Position numbers and translations under genes: made by a program. Positions 62,870 through 64,000 of a DNA stretch of 64,000 nt are shown piece by piece. Below the pieces are notes generated by a model. That model made no database searches, was not told the origin of the DNA, and saw nothing but the letters and a program-made list of their open reading frames with translations. This stretch comes from Haliotis rufescens. Taxonomy: Eukaryota. Numbering within the stretch: the stretch's first letter is position 1; every line of letters begins with the position of its first letter. The stretch lies in assembly GCF_023055435.1 (NCBI RefSeq), contig NW_025964334.1, positions 2,232,001 to 2,296,000 of the forward strand. The letters are read 5' to 3'.

Positions 62870-63726
62870 ATATGATACGATAACTAAGAACACAATGCTA
62901 TGTACAATTTGAAGTGAATTATAAAATCATTTAAAAAACCCGACATCAACGTGTGACTTGGGTAATGTCTCTTACAACTGACTCACAGTTACATGTTGAC
63001 TCAATAGATGATAAGGATAACTATGAAGATAGATTGATAAGATTTAAATTAAAATAAAGAGAATAAATATATTTGTTGTTATTTTGATCCATATTGTTAC
63101 GTGACATTTTTGTACTTCACATGTAAACATTCTTTGTTTATCAATTTTTCAATATGAGTGTATTTCACCTCTAATGGTGGCAGATAAGGATTAAACTTTT
63201 GGTTCAGAATGTTAAAAGAATATATAATATTAATTAGGGCTAATATCGTTTGAAACAGTATCATCAGTTATATATTTAAATAAAAGTGACAAGCCCTTTC
63301 CATATTCAAAAAATATCTCTGCTAAAAGCAGATGACGACGATGTCATAAGCATGTGTTCATGAATCACTATCAAACAGTGTGGTTTACCAGGGTGAGTCT
63401 AGAATTTTAACCTACAATCAGTGGCACAAATCACGGAGTCATGGATGACAACAAATTGCGGGCCCTGGCCGAGTTGGAGCACTGTGCCAGTTTAGAATGG
63501 CCAATAAGTATTGATATGATCCAATTAGATTTTATCTTTAAATTCCTCTTTGATTAAGATAAGCTCATGTATATTGATCTCCTATCAAGTGCCATTCTGA
63601 ATTTTATTACATTTATTTTAGAAATACTTACTTAATTATTTATATTGACATTTACCAAAGACGAGTTTGCAAGAGACAGGAATTGCTTCAGTCGATGTAA
63701 CATCCATGTAACAAAAGGAAGGCGAT

Positions 63727-63931
63727 ATGTCCACCGTCGGCTGCTGTATGTTAGCATTCATATGTAAGATACTGAACGCCGCTGAACAACAAAACCAGCC
63801 TTATAGAATCACTGTGCTAGGAACGCAATGGACAGGCGTTCAGTGCAACCAAGAAGCCTCATGTGTCACATTTGTGTCCGACGTCTCCATCTCCATCGAC
63901 AGCCACTACAGCAACGGCGACGTTGTGCTAG
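63727..63931 (+). CDS. Exon 1 of a third, more diverged paralog (copy C); remainder presumably beyond the window
   Basis: MSTVGCCMLAFICKILNAAEQQNQPYRITVLGTQWTGVQCNQEASCVTFVSDVSISIDSHYSNGDVVL(G). Open frame, both indels versus A/B are 3 nt, and the phase-1 donor GTAGGT is kept. Confidence 0.75.
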
Positions 63932-64000
63932 GTAGGTTTGCAAGCATTCGGACCTTCGAATTCTGTCAACATTGCATCTGTTACATCAGAAGCGGATTTG

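Larger units (their letters stand above)
61870..64000 (+). repeat. Direct paralog of ~26730-28485 (upstream region + exon 1 of the gene unit)
   Basis: Colinear similarity including ORFs 26917..27102 vs 62039..62239; visibly more diverged than the palindrome arms. Confidence 0.9.

Overview
Repeat-rich eukaryotic genomic DNA, most likely a gastropod such as abalone (Haliotis), inferred only from the SINE families with (AAAC)n and (CACT)n tails. Three things dominate the window. (1) A giant imperfect inverted duplication: 1..20758 is mirrored by 27576..56659 around a ~6.8 kb spacer. (2) Each arm carries a five-exon gene that the ORF track does not show as one ORF. It encodes signal peptide + short Cys segment + Sushi/CCP domain + non-canonical galectin-fold domain. 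Copy A is 13042..20104 (-) and copy B is 28230..34939 (+). All splice phases are consistent and both frames are open. A third, more diverged paralog starts at 63727 and two orphan exon-1 relics are present. (3) An apparently intact RTE-X-like LINE (~46700..51520) has a 2A-like GDIEENPG/P motif in ORF1, and ORF2 follows ORF1 in the same frame after a single TAG with no initiator ATG. A small virus-like relic with inverted repeats and a decayed BIR/IAP gene lies at ~43520..45430. The rest is Tc1, Crypton-like, L2, L1/Tx1, R4-like and Penelope-like relics, SINEs and minisatellites. All comparisons were made by eye and most boundaries of decayed elements are approximate.
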